A stretch of DNA of 58,621 bases, counting the filler, from Platydemus manokwari (Eukaryota), in NCBI GenBank assembly GCA_037951405.1. It is 5 parts of 5 records of this genome, joined end to end, with 100 filler letters (N's around TTAATTAATTAA, not from the genome) between each part and the next. Parts side by side here need not be neighbours in the genome. Positions count along the whole stretch, not along the records: positions 44,839 to 58,621 come from JBBMOY011623628.1; 4 more parts are not named here. One strand, given 5' to 3'. Below are positions 51,119 to 58,621 of this stretch, in pieces. The notes below the pieces were generated by a model. That model saw only the letters and a list, made by a program, of their open reading frames with translations, made no database searches and had not been told where the DNA came from. How positions within the stretch are numbered: the stretch's first letter is position 1; each line of letters opens with the position of its first letter. Made by a program: the position numbers and the translations under genes.

Positions 51119-53740
51119 TAATAGCTTTTAAGCCACTTCGAGCTGATTTAAATGTAAAACGATAATTTGAAAAATTGACAGCCATACAACACACACATAG
51201 AGATTGACCAATCCCGTATATACAAAACCAATAAGTCTAATAGAAACATGATAAATTAAAGATCCAGTCAAAATGTGATATAAGCGTGATTCAAAAATTG
51301 CACACAGTTCTCGGGTATAAATGTAAAGATGGCTAACTGCCAGTTTGAACCCAAGTTTAGGCTGTAATTATATGATACTACGTTGAGTCGTACTAATAAT
51401 TAGGTGAATTAGAAATAGCCCTACAACCTTCGATTTTGATGTCAGCAATTACTTGGTTATTCAGAATTTAGTATTGAAGAATTTCACTAATTACTGACAT
51501 AGTGACGAAAAAATATCATATTGTACAAATCTAAAAATGTCCCCTTATTCATATTGATAAGAATACTATTTTATCGAGTTCTTCTGGGTAAGCAGTAATT
51601 TGTAATTTTTATCGGTTCTACTAAATTTTAGTACTACTTATATTCTTTGTTAACCAGGTTTGATATTTATTTATGTCATTTTCACCGTATAAATACTTAA
51701 ATTTAAAACATACCATTTACATTCAAAAATTACATAAAAATTTAAATTAAAACAGTAACGCGATTAAAAAAAATAAACACGTGGTGTTTGTTTAAATAAT
51801 TGATTGGCACTTTAGTGTAGTTTTTCAAATAAATATTATGACGGAATGTGCTTATGACTTAACTTAAACATAATAATTAACATAAAATTCCAATCTTATA
51901 ATTTCCAATCCTAATCTAACCCAATCCAAATGCTAAATATTTATCTTAATTTATATTTTTGATATGAAATTTATTAATATTTATTGATTCGATTTTTATT
52001 TCGGTATTATCTCTGCTCTGACTTTTACTGATTATTGACATTTCACTAACCCAACTTTTGTTGCACAAAAATGTATATTTTGTGTTTAAAATATGATTAT
52101 AAATCATAGATATCATTATTTATAAAAATTGTGTTAATATTTATAAAATTCAAAGAGAATTAATAAAAAGATGAATAAAATAAAATAAATCAGACTAATA
52201 AAATTGATTAAGTTTGCTTAATTAAGAATTTTAAAGCTTAAAATTATAATCAGGTGAATAATTTAAAAGTACGGAAAAGCGATAAATTTTTCAAATGATC
52301 ATCGGATACAAAATATTAAACCCGACTACTTTATAAGTCGACGAAAACAAAATTTACACTAAAGTTATATAAGCTAGTCTTGACGGTTTGAGAAGCCACT
52401 TTATAATATTTTAGTGAAACCTCTTCATAATTAATCTAAATAAATTACCAAAAGGCTCAGACCCTTTTGAAATCATAATAAAATTTATCTCTCAAATCTA
52501 TGAACTAAAATAATTAAGGTGGCAACCGAGTCCTTGTAATTTCAGCAAGATAACTAATTATTGCAAAATTACGTTTGAACTAACCTATGTGATTTACTTT
52601 GTAATTTAATATTCAATAAAATTTTAGAAGTGATTTTAAAGTAAAATTTTAAAACTACATTCACCAAGTAATATATACCTTATCATGAACTCATGCTGTT
52701 TATTTTACTAAGAGCCTTTGAACAAATTCCTCTTGTTTAATCGAACTTCAGGTCATAGAAGAAAAATTCAAGGATAGATAAAATGAACTCAATTCACAAC
52801 TACGTCATTTTTAAAAATAGTTCATTCAAATGTAGCAAAGAACAACCGAAATCAGTAGGATTATTTTAAATTTAGTAATTAATTTAATATAAACTACTAA
52901 AATTAGACTCAAATTGAGACCAACAAAATACATGCAAAAAACGAAGCAAATAAGGAAATATCCACAGTCATAACTTGAACTTAAATTCAAGCAACGAATT
53001 TTGTGAACATCTTACCGATGTGAATTCTACAATGAAAACTTATGAAAACTCAAGCATAGCAATGCCTATGTTAATAATCTTCTACCTCTTGCTCTCCTGG
53101 TATAGTACGAACGCTGTGCGAACGGCGTAGATAACGACTGACGGTTTTGTTATTTTTTCTTCATAAACTTTAGCATTTCTTACTGCATGCTGTCACGTTT
53201 ACTTGGTATTTAAATTTATAACTGGTGAAGATAACTTTCAAATGCCTAAACACTAATACTATTACACAGCAATTAAAACACACCTTATAAAAACAGCTAT
53301 GAATATGTCGGGTTTTGGGCTTTTAATAATTTTTAAATTACAATATTTAGACAATAATTGTGTGTCTCGGTGTGCAATATTTTATTAGGTCTATAAAGGT
53401 ATTTTATTAAACAAATATATTAAATAATGATTAATCGTTTTTCGCTGATGTTTTAATTTTTTGTTTATTTATCTTTTAATGTTATCTTTCACTGATTCTG
53501 AAGGGACTTCAATAGAGAGTATTGGAGAAGACACTATTGGAAAATTTGCTGACTGAATTATCTAAAGGTGATGCTATTTGTTAATAATATGGTTATTAAT
53601 GATATTAATTTTGTTGCTATCATTATAATGAGACTAACTATATTGGATATTGATGGAATCCTACTAGCCTGTGATTAGTAGTATTTAGTGTGACGAGTTA
53701 AAGATAATTTAGCTAGTAAGAACTCGTTGAACGATCTATA

Positions 53741-54333
53741 TGTTAGATAAATATGATTAAAATCAGAACAATGGAGATTCCGCTAATGATCTGATCCAAA
53801 CCAGAATCGTGGGTCGCGTGTAGTTCGGATAGTATAGTAATGATAAAATAATAAAATAACGAGACAATCTTATTAATACTTTTATTGTAATATAAAATTA
53901 TAGAATGCGTAATACTAAAATATTAATAGAGATTTAGTGTTGTGAAAATGAAAACAACCGACATAGGGAACTAGGTGCTGCCCTACTCCGGACAATAAAT
54001 TAAGAAATGAGTTTAGATTACAAGTCCTTTCGGCTTTATAATTGAAGTGCAAATTCCAAATTTTGTGCTGGATTTATATACCCAGATTTTTTGTGGGAGT
54101 GATGATTAATTTTTCCGCGAATTATTTTTTCCCTTAATAATTTATTTATTTTCCATGGTGATTCAACATTACTAATGCTTTCGCCTTAGCAATATGTAAA
54201 TCACCATGATGATATGAATTAATACTTAAAATTGTCATGGCAACGTGGGTTTAAAATTAATTTTTGGGTTTATTTATCTATTTATTTTATTATATTAATA
54301 CTGTGGGTGGGATGTGGACAAATGTACCCAACA
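53741..54333 (-). mobile_element. Probable solo LTR (about 593 bp)
   Basis: TGTT...AACA termini with flanks ctata / atata (5-bp TSD with one mismatch). On the minus strand a TATATAA (about 54075) precedes AATAAA (about 53885), as expected for U3-R-U5. Confidence 0.5.
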
Positions 54334-55426
54334 ATATAACTCGAATAAAAATTCAATTATTAGATTAAGTGATAAGTTTCGATGTCAAAAATTCTCTATT
54401 ATCAAGAACAGAGCTATTGATATCCAAGGCTTTGATTATGACGAAATAAAAAAACACAACACTTTGAAATAATACAAAAAGATATTTTTCAATGTGGATG
54501 CGCCACAAAATCGGGTTGCTGGGAATTCGGAAGTGGACGAAGAAGAGGGTTGAGGGAGAATATTTATTTGACAAGGATCAAATATTATAATATAAAATCA
54601 TATATTGATACGATTAGTTAGGTAAACGTGATTAAAGGAAATCACTTCATAAACTTCATTACTTAAAAAGAAAATAAACAACCTTACTCTGCCCTTAAGC
54701 AGGGATAAAAATAAAATTTGCTGAAATCGAATAAATTCCTCGGTAATATTGATCGAAAACGAAATTCTCGAATTTGAAGTGAATACTACTGGTCAACCGC
54801 GAATTGATTAATCAAATGCACTTATTTCGCTTATTTATTTTATGTTTTCTCCGTAATAAATTATGACAATCTATTACTCGTGTTATCACTATTTCAATAA
54901 AAATGACTTTTGAAAAATTTGTGCACGTTTTCACAATAAGTGATCATTTGATTCTCGAAATGCTGTTTATAGTAGCCGTATCTGTGGATATCTTATAATT
55001 TATCCATTCCTTGAATGCCTTTTTCTCTTATTTTCGTATACTTAATTAGTCTGAGTAATCTATTTTTCACTTTTAATTAATCTTATTTATTTATTTAATT
55101 TATTATTTTATAACAATTTCTTATCCATATTCTTCCTCATCTTCTCTTCTCTTACAAATAAAGATACAAATATAATGATAAATATTATTGTTCACAAATA
55201 ACCACGAATAATGGCAATTATTAGATAAATTACAATCATAAACAAATAATAAAATAATTATAATTAACAGCTACAATTGATAATTGTTCAAATAGGAAAT
55301 AAATTTGTCAATATCGGTTAAGAATTTGGATTTATCAATCAATAAATTCAATGAATTATCAACTGTTTATTGAAATCATTGATTGGATTGTTCTGAATGA
55401 AGGCTGAGTTGTTAGTTCCTCTATTC

Positions 55427-55531
55427 CAGGGGTGGCCAACCGGTCGATCTTGAAGCCAATTTTAGTCCATCGAGTGAGATGTTATTCAAATGAAAAGTCG
55501 ATCTTACGTACACAAAAGTTGGCCATCTCTG
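55427..55531. mobile_element. hAT-family MITE (105 bp)
   Basis: 14-bp TIRs CAGGGGTGGCCAAC / GTTGGCCATCTCTG (2 mismatches) and a perfect 8-bp TSD CTCTATTC (55419-55426 and 55532-55539). Confidence 0.9.
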
Positions 55532-58500
55532 CTCTATTCTATAGTCAAGATTATTTTGTTATGTAATTATGTGAAAATGGTAATGTTTGTTTGTGTTTAT
55601 TTAGTATGTTTATTTGAATAGAAGCATTTATTGTGTAGAAGTCTGTTATTTGCTGAGTGGGTGCTACCAGCAATTTCTTGCATGAAAAAATAATATTGAA
55701 AGTTTTTATGGAAATTCAAGAGACTTTATGATTAACAGAAATCAAATATTGTTGAGTACAGCAATATAATAATAATAAATATACAATTTTTTTCAAAATA
55801 AACGACATCATGACTCACCTCGAACATAAAATTTCCCGAAAATAGAATCATAATAAATTAGAAACTAAAAATAGAATATGATAAGTAAATAAATGTAAAA
55901 GAAGTGGATTATTATCTAATAATAGTAACAATAGGAATGAAGGGATAAAAAATAATTCCCATAGATATAATATAGAGATAACAAAGCAAAATTAAGAGTG
56001 TGCATAAGAAAAGACAATCCATAAAATCGGCCGAAAATTATTTACAAGTTCCATCTAACTAACAATTCGATGTCAGCTACAATATTGGATCTAATTTTGT
56101 TACCGATATCAGATGATCTGAAATTTGAAACAGAAGAACAATCAGTATTTAAACAGTGAGATATACAATAATTTGCCATCTACGTCTAGTCTCGATTTAA
56201 ACCTTAAAATTGCACCTACCCACAATCGTGAATTATTTATGTGGAACATTTCAGTGAAACCATAAGCTATATATTATTTTTTTCTAAACAACTATTAAAC
56301 AAATATTTTCATAATTTAGATTTGTGCACTGTTGTAATTATAATCCTAGACACCTCTAAAACAATTCTAAACTGAACCCTGCTCATCTAGGATTCAAATT
56401 AAGCTCTAAATATCAAAATTCTCTACAAATTTATAGTAGTGGTTACGGTGTCGTTAGCGCTAATCAACGATAAAATCATTTTAAATCAACACAATGGTTT
56501 TCCATCATTGGATGCAGACCAAAATAAGTTTTGTTATTAGGTTAATTTCTGGAATAAAACAATGAAATTAAATAAAACTTCGAAAAAAAAACATTATTTT
56601 AAACACAAATATCCATCTAATTTTTCATCAAGAGAACACTTTCATTGATTCCAACAGCATTTTGTGGTAATTTGACCTTTTCTACTTTCTGTGTGGATGC
56701 TAATCTGTAATGAGTTGAGCCCCTTCGACTGATCTGAAATTAATCCAAATATATATATATATAATATCTTTCACGGAATCTGTTTCGATACATGGATTCT
56801 TTGTTTTACCAAAAATCTATTTTTATATAGTTTTCAACGTAACCAATGGAAATGATACTTCCAACACATTACATAAACAGTAAAGAGGTTGTGATGATAG
56901 ACTTAACATTTAATAATTGATATATAGTAAATTGAAACCCCAAAAATACTGTCCAATGAAAAAATTTTAGATTCACACTTTTAAACTAGTTTATAAGAAT
57001 CCATGATTATAAATTACTTTTTGTTCAAGCTAAATAATAATTTATTAATAATAATAATATCCTACTTTTATGAATTTGTAAAAAGATATTTTAAATATTT
57101 TAAAGCTTCTATACAATCGAACTCCATTAATATCATTTCATAGATCCAAGGAAAAATGATCATATTAAGTGAGTATTATTATCCTGTGACTTGATTACTC
57201 ACTTATCAAAAAATAAATTTAAAAAGTTACCGAAACAAATCATAAGACGCATTTGGCATATAACGCATGTTAAAATTATCCAGTAGTTTCTGTCGACAGC
57301 CATGTTCAATCAAACTAGAACTATAAATGTTTTTTACGAATCATTTGTAAATATGTTTTTGTATATTTTTGGAATATTATTAATGCATTCATAAAACTAT
57401 TTGGAGAGTTTAGTTTTGCTATAAGACGAAACTAGAAGTTACATCAAGGTCTCAGGGTAGTCGATTGTGAGATCGAAAGGTGACGTAACTATAACTAATT
57501 GCACTTAATAGCTTTGTTTCAAAAGGAAGATCATTAAGTAAGCGAATTATTAACAATTATTAAGTCAATTCAAAATAATAATATATCAGCAATTTTTGTC
57601 AGCATTATGAGGAAATGAACAAATTCGAAAATAATTTAATAATAATTTAATAAAAATTTTAAGTTAATAGTTTCAAAAATTCAATAATAATTTCAAAAAA
57701 ATTTTAAAGAGTATTTTGGGATTTTATTGAGTTGCTAAAAATTTTATTGAATTATTAAAAATTTAATATTAAGCAATTTTAATAATTTAATTATATATTT
57801 ATATTGATATGCCTGATTAAGATTAGCAGAACAAAGATCTCTGGAAATTTGTTTTAAAAATGTTTGATATTTTACTAAATAATTAAGTTAAGAAAATCGT
57901 AATGACTTCTTTTGTTAAATATTGAATTTTAAACGCAGTAGCCACTACTATAGAAATGAAAGTTTTATTAAATATATTATAATTTATCATTGTCAAATAT
58001 TTTTAAAAGATCTAATTAAAATTCAAATTTCATGGTTTTATTATTTTATCTAAAAATATTATGGTTATATAATCAGAAATATTAATCTATTGCATTCATC
58101 ATGCTATATAAGATTGGAATCAGTTCTGACTTTTATGGACAAAAGAATAGGCCGAAAACAAATTGGCAAATCACAATTGCAAGTCCATCAATATTTAGTG
58201 TTTTGTTTAGAAATTAACTGTAGTAAATAATAGATATTCTCATTATTTTGTCAATATTTTATACTTTATCTGTTCCTGATCAATAGAACATACACGTTTA
58301 TTACCCTTCATCCTTTATATTTAAATATTCCATTAAAAAATGAAATGAAATTAGTGTAAATCTCCAAAACTTGGTTGATATAATCAATGTGCGAAGAGAT
58401 AAAATTCTTTTTCTCTAATCCATGTCCACTACCTTTTTTTTTTACTGAAAAGCAATTACTGGAAATTCTTAGATAATAGTTAATAATTATTTTCTTTATT

Positions 58501-58556
58501 TTATAAATGCTTTTGAAGAAGAGCTCCATTTAGAGAAAACAGAAAATACAATATTG

Positions 58557-58564
58557 ATAATAAC

Positions 58565-58604
<40 letters not shown>

Positions 58605-58621
58605 CTAGTGATAATAATAAT
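58557..58621. repeat. (AAT)n microsatellite
   Basis: aataataataat... at the window end. Confidence 0.9.

Noticed and set aside
1-58621. Functional gene cluster linking TAT, ASCC3, NUP160, SMURF and the lectin gene
   Set aside because: TAT, ASCC3 and NUP160 each sit on a different contig separated by artificial spacers, and no shared pathway links the genes.

Overview
AT-rich eukaryotic (probably invertebrate animal) genomic DNA, not prokaryotic. The window is five contigs joined by four artificial 100-nt spacers (N44-TTAATTAATTAA-N44 at 10793, 22934, 33741, 44739), so gene order across spacers carries no biological meaning. Manual GT-AG splicing recovers intron-rich genes with mostly 40-60 nt introns: tyrosine aminotransferase (minus, 3' partial), ASCC3 helicase (plus, 20 exons, 5' partial), a complete NUP160 (plus, 24 exons, about 1448 aa), a SMURF-like C2-domain gene (minus, absent from the ORF track), a four-TM CD20/MS4A-like protein (minus, 4 exons, about 358 aa) and a C-type lectin + PAN/Apple protein (minus, 5' partial). 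Less certain are the 3' exons of an unannotated plus-strand gene converging on the SMURF-like gene, and a heavily decayed multi-repeat cyclic-nucleotide-regulated (CNGK-like) channel pseudogene at about 4.3-8.5 kb. Mobile DNA includes a Merlin element and a hAT MITE with intact TIRs and 8-bp TSDs, plus mariner, Helitron, LINE and LTR remnants. I found no CRISPR array, rRNA or intact tRNA, and no clearly novel multi-gene system. All homology calls come from motif recognition by eye; no database search was run.
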